From Kondoa subrosea (taxonomy: Eukaryota), in contig BCIN01000009.1 of NCBI GenBank assembly GCA_039545335.1, positions 124,001 through 188,000 on the forward strand: a stretch of 64,000 nucleotides of DNA, in the 5' to 3' direction. Shown here in pieces: positions 12,541 through 24,926 of this stretch. The stretch's first letter is position 1. Every line of letters begins with the position of its first letter. Both the position numbers and the translations under genes were made by a program. A model generated the notes under the pieces. It made no database searches. It had not been told where the DNA came from and was given only the letters and a program-made list of their open reading frames with translations.

Positions 12541-15500
12541 ATGTCTTCCAGCTCTGGTCCTCCCTTCTGTTGTGCATTCCCTGGCTGCGCCAAGAGCTAT
12601 CTTCGGCCAGAACATCTTACTAGGCAAGGCTTGAAATAATAGGGCAAGCTCGAAGCTGATTCTGATTGCTTAGACATGCTCGGTCGCACGAGGACGAGAA
12701 GCCATTTGGGTGTGATAACTGCGAGAAGCGCTTTACCAGGTCGGTACAGATGTCCTTGTTATAAACATGCACATTGATTGTGCCGGCTCAGGCGCGATGT
12801 GCTGGTGCGACATCAGAAGCAACACAACAAAGATGATGTGGACCCATCTGAACGGAGATCTGCGGCATTGAAAAGAGCCAAGCGAGCCTGCAAAGCCTGT
12901 GGTACTGCGTGAGTGCATTCTCATCCAGCCTATGATCAGCTGAACCGTGTTCTAGTAAAGTCAAGTGCGACGGCAATCAGCCATGTGCCAGGTGTATCAG
13001 CTCGAACAAGCAATGTATGTACAACCAAGTACTCGAAGCAACTCCCTCGAATAAAAAGGCTCGGCTGGACCTGAATCAAAACTCCTATCAGATGATGGAC
13101 TACGCACCTGATTTACCAGTAGCCAGTACATCAGCAATTCCTATAATGGATGCCAATATTCAATCTTATGCCTATCCCATGTTGCCATCAACGTCTTTCG
13201 ATGGCTCTGTGCAGCCTAGCCCTCCTTCAATGTACGGTAATGGCTTTTCGAATGATTTCGATATCAACTCTCTCCTATTCGGAAGATCAGAATTGTATGC
13301 AAGCAATGCTGCAAGTACGAACAGTAATGACTTCAATTCACCGCAAAATTTCCTCAATGTCGATTGGAACGACTTCTTGACTCAAGCTGCCGATCGTGAC
13401 ATCGCTGCCTGGCCGAAGCAACCTGAAATTTTGACAACCAATCCCTCTCCAGCAGGATTTGCAGCAGACAACGCGCAGCCATTCGTCGAAACTCCCGATA
13501 CACGCAACGTGGCCTTTGGGTTGGCGGCTGAGCCCGATGGTATTCAACCCATTACCGAATCAAACGATCATGTAGCCGCCAGCAGTCTGCTTGAGCTGAG
13601 ACGGGAACTGCCTGCATTGCAAGATGGTCTTAGGACTCGAGCACCTTCTCCGACGCCAGAAGAGCAACCAAGACAAGGCTTATGGCCAACGAGCTGGGAG
13701 CCAGGTTCAGGCACCTTGGCAGATTACTACAAGTATAAGCATGTTCAAGGTATACAGAACGAGTCAGGTACGAGTCGAGATTCGCAGTCTCTGTCGCGAT
13801 CCTCAATATGATTTGACAGACAATTACGCTCACCGCAGTGATCTACCCATTTTCAGCGAAGAATCCCGTTTGGCGGTCATTGAACTCCTTCGCTTCGCGG
13901 AGTTTACTATGGAGGTCTATCATCGACTATTCGTGACTCTATCTCGGATGTAGGTCACCTTTATCTGGTCAGCCCGAAAACTCTTAAGGTCGAGCAGATC
14001 ACTTTCAACCTTTCAGCACTTTCTCGATCTCTACTTCGTACATGCGCACCCGTATTTGCCCTTCGTTCGTCTCCTATATCCAAAGATCATGCCTAGTGAG
14101 CTGACTTTTCCCACAGTGTCATGTCCCTACGTTCGACACGAAGCGCACGTCTGGCTTTGTAGTCGGTGCTATGCTGGCCCTCGGTGCTCGATATTCACGT
14201 CTCAAGGGTTCTGATCCGTTGGCTGATGTTTTGAGCGATATGGTGTCGAAGAGTCTTGGAAACTGCATTACATCAGATCATGTCCTGGCTCGAGACATTC
14301 AATTACAACGGGCAGCAATTCTTTGGAGCTTACAGAGATCAAGTGGAAGCCGCAGATTGATGGAGATAACCGAGGTATTACGAGGAACGCACTGCGTTGC
14401 TTTGCGACAATTGCACTGTTTTGATGACTCCATCCAAATGCCTCGTCTTGTCTTCGATCAATCGGTGCCGTTGGAGAAGAGATGGAAGACATGGATCGCT
14501 TGGGAAGGGAGAAGACGCTCTGGCTTCGCTGCCTTTCTGTCCGATGCGGACTTCACAATCTTTCTCGGTCGGCCTGCTATAGTTCTTCCGTGTGTCCCCA
14601 CTGCCTGTAATGATATTTTTCTGATAATTCCAGCAGTCAGGATATATCAGCAGTTTTGCCGAGCAGCGACGCCCTGTGGGATGCCAAAACTGCCGAAGAG
14701 TGGCATTCATTGTCTCATCTACTCTCTTACGCGGATAGCAAAATCTCGGCATCTTCCATCTTGGATTACACGGCTTCACAAGACATTTTGATTCGACAAG
14801 CTCGCACTTCAAGCTTTGGATCAATAGCTCTGGTTCTCATGCTCAACATTGCTTTGTCAGTCCATTTCATCAAACCGGACGTGTCTCATTCTGTTTATCA
14901 TCAGGTGGTCTTTACGGCAATCTGGACGCTTTTCCAAATCGGTCTGGAAAGTTGTGCGATCGGATATCAAGCAAGCTTTACTGGCACTTGGTTCTGGCGC
15001 CAATGAATTCATACCGTATTCTGCAAATGATACGGTCGCTTCAGCTTCCTTCGCCATTGTGAGTTCTCGATACATCGATTGACGCTTTACTGACAGGTCA
15101 TTAAGCTTTACCATCAAACACATATAGCTCTCAGAATTACTTCAACTGTGATACTCGCAGCTGCTGGGAAAGAAAGTGCAAACGGTGCAAACGCCGCGCG
15201 AAAAGAGGTGTGTCCATTGCATCTTGCTCGGCTCATTGCACCTAAAGCAAGTCTAGATCATCAATCTCATGACAGCAGAGCCCGTCGCCGCTCGAGAAGT
15301 GGCTCTGCATGCTGCGCAATGCTTTCGCCTTATCCGTGACAAGGGTTCTGAAAACGGCATTGAATGCTTCTGTCTCTTTTTCAGCGCCATGGTTCTCTTT
15401 CTTTATTCGCAGCTGCCACGTATCCCTTCAGAGGATGCACTGGACGAAGGGCACTTGCTCAGTATCAATTTGGATTGTGAAAAAGCCTCGTAATCCAATC

Positions 15501-15765
15501 ACTCTATTTGGCTAGCCTTTCGCTGACTGCTTATCAGTGCCTTTGAACTCGATTGGGTCAGCTCAGGATTTGGGGAACCTAAGTTGGCTGGGGCTGTACT
15601 TGAGCCGATGTCGGTACTTAGACAAGCAATCGATATCTTCGACGCTCGCACTAGCTGGGTAAGCTTTATCCACTCTGTGGATAATGTGTATTGAGTTACA
15701 TCGAACAGGGACTCAATGGCAGCCTCTCCAATATTCTGCAAGCTATAGTCAACGAAGGGCAATGA
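12541..15765 (+). CDS. Transcription factor with 2 C2H2 fingers, a Zn(II)2Cys6 cluster and a fungal-specific TF domain
   Basis: CAFPGCAKSYLRPEHLT|RHARSH, CDNCEKRFTR|RDVLVRHQKQH and RACKACGT..KVKCDGNQPCARCISSNKQC; WKTWIAWEGRRR and LPSSDALWDA in the middle homology region. Confidence 0.9.
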
Positions 15766-15804
15766 CAAGCAGTATCATCAATTGCATGTACACATTAAGA
15801 ACCT

Positions 15805-16649
15805 TCACTGTATCACCTGTCCATCTTTCATCTTGTCTACATAGCCAATTTGTCAGATCCGAAAGGACATTGAGCATCTGTAACTTACATCCTGCATCTC
15901 CTAGCTCTTTCTGCAAAGAAACCATGAGTATAAGTAATGTCAAGAAAAGATGATGCGTACGCCTTGGATGACCAGAGGCTTACTAGCTTGCAGTATGAAG
16001 TAAATTCTTGCCCATCGATCAGTCACATTGTTCCACTGGAGAAAGTAGTCAGCTGTCTTCTTTTAGGCATCCGAGTCGAGACTGACTCCGTGTATAGTTC
16101 CTCTCTGGACTACAACATCGCCCTTCTTCATTGGTACTTCCACTCCGTCGTCCAATATCAGATTGCATTCGCCTTCGGTAACGATGCCGAAGTCTAAAGA
16201 CTGAGTTCGATGAAAGGGAGAAACGCTATTAGCTGATGGAAATGATCAGGTCGGCACAAATACTGTAAATGGATCAGACATACGTGGACAGTCTACGACT
16301 CTTAGAATCGTCCCAGCTTCGTTACTGAGCTTGTTTCCAGTTTCGCTTAACGCAAGATCTCGAGTATCTGAGTTATCGTAAGGCATGGAGTCGGTAGTGA
16401 AGATGTGAGCGAATCTTGAAGCAAATCAGCAATCAACACCTCGGCTGGGATCTGGATTGATTACCTTGCAGAGGCTCCATCAACTGTTGAGACCGGCTTG
16501 GCTTCAATTGTATCGTCTTTCCAGCTGTTAACATATCAGCTAGGGTATCAATGAGTTGGGGAAAACACCCACACAATTGCTTTACCGTTCGCGTCATGAC
16601 CTGTAAGAACGCGCCGGATTTGAAGAGGGAGATCAGCTGTTGCAGACAT
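15805..16649 (-). CDS. Cupin-domain protein (RmlC-like cupin_2); multi-exon
   Basis: Spliced MSATADLPLQIRRVLTGHDANGKAI...GTILRVVDCP...SPFHRTQSLDFGIVTEGECNLILDDGVEVPMKKGDVVVQRGTIHGWNN, the typical small fungal/bacterial cupin motif pair. Confidence 0.85.
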
Positions 16650-16822
16650 TTGGATGACACGTAGTAGATGAGAATAACAGAGCTAGTAGTCTTAAAGCAA
16701 CAGGAATAAAAGAGGGAGGAGAACAGGAAGAACATTTGAGCAGGATTCGGGCGTGTGGATTGATAACTTAGAACGGTATGAGAGGAAGTGCTCGGTACTG
16801 CTACAGCTAAAGATCGAATATC

Positions 16823-18553
16823 ATGATGGCTTGGATTTCAGTACCAGAAGATAGCGATTTCAGCATTCACAATATTCCTTTTGGAGTGATCTCGAGCAGC
16901 CAAAACAAGACTGGACGAACAGCTACGCGTATAGGCGACAAAGTCATTGATCTGAAGATCTTGGCCAACAGTGGCTTGCTATCCGACAAAGGAATAGAGG
17001 AGGCCTCATTGGAAGCCTTGAAACAAGTTTGTTAAATTTCTTGCATAGTAGGTCCACGCTGACTCGAAGGCTACAGGACTCTTTGGCTGCATTCGCTGGT
17101 CTGTCCGCTGCCCAAAGGCGGGCTGTGAGACTGCAGATTCAAGCGACGCTGTCTGGGAAGAAGCCAGACAATTTTCCAGATGATGCGATATTGGATGTCA
17201 GCAATGTCAAGATGCAGCTGCCCATGCGAATAGGCGATTACACAGACTTCTGCATTGCCAAATGTCATATGGACAATACTTCGTGAGCCAACTTAGTCGT
17301 ATTCCTGCTCGTATTCTCATTACATTAACAAAGACGTGCGGTTGGTGACGGTTCAAGCCCAGCCCAAATGCCTTACATGCCCATCGGTAGTTCCTGTTCT
17401 GTCAATCTCACGCCTGAGCTCATGACTGCTGCAGGATATCATGGGCGAAGCTCTTCCGTCGTTGTTTCTGGTATTGACTTCAAGAGACCTTGGGGTCAGT
17501 TCCGGGTCAAGCCTTCAGATACCGTATGAATACCCTTTACTTTGTATACGCCAATCGCTGACCATTCCTTGCAGCAACCTGTCTTTGAGCCGAGCCGAAA
17601 GTTGGATTATGAAGTAGAGCTAGCATGCTTTGTTGCTCGAAACACTGAATTGGGCGAGACTATTGATATCGCTGAAGCTGAAGATGCGATCTTCGGTGTT
17701 GTACTCATGAATGGTGATTGCTTCTTTACTTGGCATACTGTTGAAGCTTATTCGGGTTGAATAGATTGGAGTGCTAGAGACATCCAAGTCTTCGAGATGC
17801 CACCTCTTGGGCCATTCCAAGGTATTCCTTCCGAGACTCTATAGGTGAGCAAAGCTGATATGATTGCACAGGCAAGAACTTCTGTACCACAATCAGTAGG
17901 TGTTGTCCTATCTTCCAATTTTGCGCTGATCGACTTCACTCAGGCCCTTGGGTTGTGACTCTTGATGCGTTACGGCCCTTTCGTGCACCTCTGCCTCCTC
18001 GATTACAACCAGAATTCGACTACTTGCACCTGGAGAAAGACGGCGAATCGGTAAACCAATGTCTCGATATCAATCTTTCAGTTGAGATCAAGAGCGCAAG
18101 TTTGTCCCTACCTTTGTCCATTGCATTCTTTCTCGTCGTTGATAAATGCTCTTTAGCTTCTACCTTTTCTGTACCAAACATCAATGCCAAAGATTTCTAC
18201 TGGTCACTCGAACAGCTTTTGGTTCATCAATCCATTTCGGGCTGCCCAGTTGCTGTTGGTGATTTGATTGCAACTGGTACATGTAGTGGACCAAGGGAGG
18301 ACACGCTCGGCTGTCTTGTCGAATTGAGTCAGGGCGGGAGGAAACCATGGAAGATGGCAAATGGAGAAGAAAGGACCTTCCTTCTTGATGGCAAGTCGAA
18401 AGGCTTCACAATCTAAAGCATGGAACTTATTGTCTGTATTTGTGTATGATTACAGGCGACGAAGTTGTTATGAGGGGATATTGTGCGAAGTCTGGTGTGC
18501 GTGTAGGGTTTGGTGAATGTGCAGCAAAAGTTTTGCCTGCGGATAAGCGGTAA
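16823..18553 (+). CDS. Fumarylacetoacetase (FAH)-family hydrolase
   Basis: SDFSIHNIPFG, IGDYTDF, GYHGRSSSVVVSG, LDYEVELA, NDWSARDIQ..PLGPFQGKNF, GDLIATGTCSG and GFGEC motifs. Confidence 0.92.
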
Positions 18554-18705
18554 CTTTGTATCCTGTAGTCTGCGAATGCTATCTTCTTCTTCCTCGGAAC
18601 ATTATACACCTGACTCGCGCTTTCATTGGTATCAGGAGATCAACCTCGCCTGAGTGATGGGTGCGATTACGACACAGAATCATAACAATACATTGATGAT
18701 CAAAG

Positions 18706-20546
18706 CTAGACTCTCCGGAAGAAGCGATACAATGAATACCCTGTGAAACCAGTGACACTCAAAATGGTCGACAAAACCAAAGCTAGGGAAAGGAAAAGAC
18801 CCTGGAACAAATATAAATGACGATAAGCTTGCCCAGAGAAATGTGCTTACCTGCAAAAAGAAAACCCGACGTATGATATTGGCATGTGGTTTGAGCTTGA
18901 TTTGCAGTTTTGACTGAAAGTCGGGCAGCAACACCTTCTGCATTGTAGCCACTTTCCATGAAGCATACGGTGGGAAGATAGCGGAAGCTTCGGAGGAACC
19001 AGGCGCATGGACATAGATAGGGCGCTCGAACATACTGGAAGTCCATCGTCCTGACAGTGCTGCCGGTCCTTGAGGAGGATAGACACAGACTGAGACAAGG
19101 ATCAGACTTGTCTAAGATCTTGATGACTGTGCTTACCTAGTCCGTCCAGAGGGATATCGTTCGAGTACATTACAGCCGGACGCAGTTCAGTTGCAAAGTA
19201 ATCACTGACGCAAGGTATGAGCTCTATTTTTGTGGAAAGAAATGATCTTACAGCTCCAGCTGGCTGGCGAAGATACTCAGTGTATGACCCAATCTACAAC
19301 AACAGATGAGCAAGACTCGATAAAGTAGACTGAAACGCACCTTGCAGATGCAATCTTGATGGCTTCTTCCGTACTTGAAAACGACACGACAGGCAAAACG
19401 CATCCTTCGATCCGTTGATCCAGCATTCGAGAATCACCAGAAACATTTTCAACCACTGTAGGCGCAGACACATTTCCATCCTGCTCAATTCGACCACAAA
19501 CTATCTTGGCAGCACCCAAATCACCCAAAGAAACTTTCTGATTGCCTATAGCCACATCTGATCCCGCAGCAGAAAGCTCTTTTGCAGCTTCAACCAAATG
19601 TCGAACAAGCTCATCGTGCAGTTCTTCATGAACGCAAACGAAAGACAATGCTCCGAGACTCTGACCACCAAAAGCGCAGAATTTAGCTCGCGCGACGAGC
19701 TTAGCGATGCGTTGAAGTTCCGCCGTGGGAGTTGTCTTTGAGACTATGCATAAATTTTGAGCTGAAGGTTTGGCGGTTGCTGGCAGAAGATGGAAAGGAG
19801 AATTTGTATCTGCAGCTGATCGGGCAATTTCTCTTCTAAGGTTGAGATCAGTTGAAGTTGCGAGGTAGACATCGAAAGAGTGACACAAAGCAGCCTTCAT
19901 GGTTGCATCATCTGAACAGAGAATAGGATAGGCGTCTCGATCAAGAAGAGGATAGATATGCCGAGTGATTAGCTCGTGAGTAGCTTTTGCTTCTTTCGGC
20001 AGCTGTGAAGCATGAGTCAGGTAAAATACAATATGGAGGAAAGGATTGCGAACCAAAGTAAGAACAACATTGCCCGCCGCAATAGCCGAAGCAAGAGGTG
20101 AGATCGTACTTTCCAAAGGTGCTATAGTAGACGATGAGCTGGGCTGTCTAATATCAGACAAACAAGACGAACCTGTCTTGTGACCAATGATTATAAGACT
20201 ACCATAAGGCGTAAGGATCTTTCCTCCGGTACGATGTTTCGCGACTCTCTCGGCCAAATTTTCGAAATGCGTGTCTTCATACTGCAAACGAAGCTGCTGA
20301 AGGACTAAGGAGACTTCCAGGTTTGCTTCGAATTCAGGCTTGCCAGTATCTTGCTGCAGAGCTTTAATGAAACCGGTCTTGTATTCACTCATGATATCTA
20401 GAGTAGGTGAATCAGTACCAGGTTTGACTGCAGTCACAGAGCGGACTGTATAAGGTCATAATCTGCCTCTGCCGGTAACGCGGAAATGTTGCGCGACCAT
20501 CGATTCGGCATTCTCGCAAGTGTTGCAGCGCGCTTTCGACTTGCAT
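18706..20546 (-). CDS. Aldehyde dehydrogenase-like protein (degenerate active site) with C-terminal membrane anchor
   Basis: ALDH-fold landmarks PLASAIAAGNVV, APTVVENV and IEGCVLPVVSFSSTEEAI; ends in the hydrophobic tail FFLQ|GLFLSLALVLSTILSVTGFTGYSLYRFFRRV*. Confidence 0.8.
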
Positions 20547-20718
20547 TTGGATGGTGCGATTGACAGAGTATTAGCAAAATAGACAAGAAAACCAACAAGG
20601 TGAGGAAATGATCCGGAATCTCAGTATCCGATCCCACTTGCCAGTGATGGGTGCCGATTGCCTAGCGCATTCTTATGTTGTAGTCGCGCTTAGCACATTG
20701 CTTTAGCACATTGCCAGT

Positions 20719-23700
20719 ATGAGTGAAGTCAAGAATGCAATCCGTACGATAGAGACAGACGAAGAGCATGATATGATCGTCGAAATAAACACAGACATAC
20801 CATTGTCTGGTGACGGCGGTAAGCAAACCAGCAAAGCCACAAGCAATCACTGATAGAAAAGAACAGGTCCAGGTCTAGCAAGATGCAACGTATACAGACC
20901 AAAAGCAACGGAAGCAGGCGCAAAATTTCCGGTCATCTTGGTCAGTTCATCAGAGGGCAGTTCCAAGCATGGTTACTGACTCTCGTTGTCTTAGACTATG
21001 GGACCTTGTAAGAGAAGCAAGGATTCGGAAGAGCGTTGAGTCGCTAATCTGTGTAAACAGACGGCAAGGATATTCCTTATGAAGACTTTCACGGCAAGAG
21101 CTTCGCAGGTCAGTCGTTCGCAGCTGTTTGAGACACGAATTCTAACTTCTTCTTCGAAAGATGTACGGAAATACGCTCCGGAACAGACTTCTAAGGTGAG
21201 AGACATCAGCTCTTAAACATCATATTGAGATGCTCAACATTGTATATCGCAGTGGAGTGCTTGGGAAACCCCTGAACCTACATTCTGGACAAAGCATGGC
21301 TACGTTGTTGTTCGCGTTGATGAGCGAGGTCTCGGTCAATCTCCTGTATGTCTCTCAGTTTTTCAGAGACGTACAAGCCTGATTAGTTATTCTCTGTCAA
21401 GGGCTTCATGGATACTATGAGCAACTCTACGGCTGCAGATTTCGCTTGCTGTGTCGAATGGGCTTCTGCGCAGTCTTGGTCGACCGGCAAAGTTGGTCTT
21501 TTAGGAGTGAGCTATTACGGAGGATCACAATGGAGAGTCGCAGCCCGTCAACCCAAGGGTCTCGCGTGCATAATCCCTTGGGAAGGAATGTAAGTCAGCC
21601 TGACAAGCAATCATCTGCTTTAGCTGACCATCGCATTAGGTCGGATTATTATCGCGATAGATGCCGTCAAGGCGGTATCTACTCCAATCAATTCGTAAGT
21701 ACATATTCCGAGTCAAAACCCTTTCTGAGCATATGGATACCTGTCTTCCAGATCAAGTTCTGGCAAGATCGTCAGGTCCACTCCGCTCAATACGGGTTGC
21801 CTGGCAGAGCTGCTCGCAAATGGGGACCAGATACAATTGAAGGAGATCTTACGCCTGAAGAATTAGCAAAGAATCGGACGGATCAAATTACCGATAACGC
21901 TGAGAACCGCTTCACGGATGATCCGTACTATGCTTCGAGGGAATATGATAAAGGCAAAATCCAAGTGCCACTACTCAGTGTCGCTAATTGGGTAAGCCGC
22001 TGAATTTGCAAGGGGCTTCTCGATCTCACCTGAAGGTAGGGTGGAATTCTTCTTCATCTTCGAGGAAATGTTCTTGGCTATTCAGAAGCTGGCTCTGCTA
22101 AGAAATGGCTGTACTTCATCACTGGTCGACATGATCTTCCATTCTACCTTCCCGAGTACGTTGCTTTACAAAAGTCATTTCTGGATGCTTTCCTCAAGGG
22201 TGAAGACGACAAGGTGAAGTGTTATCAGGCTATTCCATTCTCTAGACTAATTTCATTGGGACAGGGATGGCTCAAGGGACCGAATGAAGCTGTTCCAGCT
22301 ATCAATGTTCTGATTCGCAAAGGCACTCCGGGATTCAATACTGTCGAAGCTGATCGTACTTTCAAGACCCGAGAAGCATCAGCGTGGCCTCTTCCAGAAA
22401 CTCAATATACCAAATACTATCTTTCTTCTGACCTCAAACTTTCTGTATCGCAAGACACTTCAGAAGATAGTCAGCTGGAGTATGAGGCTCTGACTGGTCA
22501 ACCTTTTAGTTTCTCTACGCCAGCTTTCGAAGAAGAGACGGAAATCACTGGTCATATCACTGCAAACCTAGTGATGGGTGTGAAAGGTAAGCTAAACATA
22601 TGCAAGCGAGTGTAAGCTGAGTCGCCTGCTTACATAGCTTCGGCTGGAAAAGAAGCACCAAAAGATCTAGACGTTATGGTCACGTTGCGGCACTTCGATA
22701 GGGACGATAAGGAAATTTTCTATACCGGTCAGTCTCGCAATGTCTGGAAAGGCTACGATCTAATATGCTTGATAGGTACTGCTGGTGATCCGGTTCCGCT
22801 CTGTAAAGGTTTCCTGCGGGCTTCTCTTCGCGCTATCGATACTTCAGATCCTCGTCACCGTGATTATATACCTTTCCGAAAATACGCCAGCACAGACGTC
22901 TCTTATCTCGACGCTGAGAAACCTCACGATCTTCTTGTTGAAATCTGGCCTACCTCTGTTGTTGTTGAGCAGGGTAGTCGTATTGTTTTCGAAGTACGCC
23001 AGACCTTTTCTTCGATCCGCTGTGACTGAGTCAGCCTGATTAGATCTCGCCTGTCGATACTCAAGGCTGTGGCATCTTCGGTCACAATCATCCTCAGGAC
23101 CGCTCAACAGAAACCTTTGGAGGTAAGAACATTATCTACTTTGGTCCAAAACACGAAAATTGGGTTTCCTTGCCTATCATCCGCAAGACTGGCAATGCCG
23201 AATCCTCCATTGCTGTCGCAAATGGATCAAATCCATTCCGCGTCATCATAGTCGGTGCCGGTCTTGCTGGCTTGGCTGCAGCAATTGCTCTTCGAGGCAA
23301 AGGTCGCCAGATTACTGTCCTTGAGTCGAGTCGCATGAAGACAGAGATTGGTGCCGCAATTCATTTGGCACCTAACGCAACCAAGATTTGTGAGCAGTGG
23401 GGTTTGGATATCGAGAGTATGTGCTATCTGACACATGGCGTTCTTGATCTCGCTGAGCTTACTGACTTTCTAGCTGCGGCACGAGCTACAGTCTGCAGAG
23501 GCTTGAGCGAGATCAGCTCGGATGGTATTACCCGCTTCAAGATGCCCATTGACGCGAAGAAATTTGTTGGCGCTGTGAGTCTCGCCACATGCACTTCGTG
23601 CATAGGCTGACCGAGACCACAGCACTGGCTGCTCAATCATCGAGTAGATTTGCACAATGCTTTCCGCGACTTTGCTATAAAGGAAGATCGCGAAGGCCAA

Positions 23701-24926
23701 GCTGCGAAGATTATTACTGCAGCAAAAGTCGTCTCGGTCGATTGCGAAAAGGGAATAGTCAAGACTGAAGATGGTCAGACATATGAAGCTGATCTCGTTA
23801 TTGGAGCAGACGGGTAAGTCTTCGCCTCCAATATGTTATACTGGCTTAAAAGTTGTGACAGTATCCATTCGCCTGTTCGAGAAGCTGTTTTAGGGGAAGT
23901 CAGAATAGCTCAACCTAGTGGTCATTCGGCATATCGAGCTCTGATTCCGAAAGAGAAGCTGCTAGATATTCCAGAAATTGTTAATGATGTTCTTCAACAC
24001 GAGAATGGGCATATGAAGATGGTAGTTGATAAAGATAGACGAGTCGTGAGTCAAAACACTCATGAGGTCTTCCATACTAACATATCAGCAGATCTTGTAC
24101 CCTTGCAGAGAAGCGAACGTTCTGAATGTGTAAGTTTTGAGGCTTTGATATGAACTCACTTGAGGCTGATCACCTTTCAGTGTTGCTATATGTCCTGACA
24201 GTGAGTACCTTTTCCGTTTTCCGACTCCGAAAACTGTTCTGAAGCACCTTCAGCTTTGATGCGGGAAGAAGCCTCCCAATCTTGGAATCAGCCCGGTGAT
24301 GTCGCGGAACTCGTCAAGACCTATTCGAATTTCCCCCAATGGCTACAGACAACATTGTCTAGAGCTGAATCGTGCGGACTGTGGCAGCTGAGAGACCAAG
24401 ATCGACTTCCGACCTGGGTCAAAGGTCGTACTATATTGATTGGAGACAGTGCCCATGCAATGCTGGTCAGTACTGCCGGTACTAAACCTGTCCTCTGCTA
24501 ACATATGAATTTTCGTCTACAGCCGCATCAAGGTCAAGGTAGATCGATATCCGAGAGCCTATTCGACTACACTAATGCATTTTCAGGGGCTGGGCAAGGA
24601 GTTGAAGATGCAGAGGCATTGCAAGCATTCTTCGAAGGCGTCGACCATGCCATCAGCGCCGAAGAGGTCAACAAACGTTTGCAGCAGGTCTTTGATTGCC
24701 GTATCGATCGAGCTTCTACCATTCAGCAATACAGTAGACAGCAAGCTAGACCTCCTAAATCAACAGAGCAAGGTGTAGCCCTGGACAGTGCTCAATTCTC
24801 TCAGTATAACTTTGGGTCAGTGAGCTGATTCTTTCATCCGGTGCTGGAAACTGATTCATGGGCCGCAGGTATAAGGGTGCGAAGGAGTGGGTCTCGAGAA
24901 CCCAGCCTCCTGCAGCTGCTGCATAG
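20719..24926 (+). CDS. Fusion protein: CocE/NonD (S15) serine hydrolase + FAD-dependent aromatic monooxygenase (salicylate hydroxylase-like)
   Basis: Hydrolase motifs MGPYGKD, WETPEP, VDERGLGQSPG, GVSYYGG, IIPWEG and HLRGNV run in frame into VIIVGAGLAG, EIGAAIHLAPN, DLVIGADG and LIGDSAHAMLPHQGQGAGQGVED. Confidence 0.85.
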
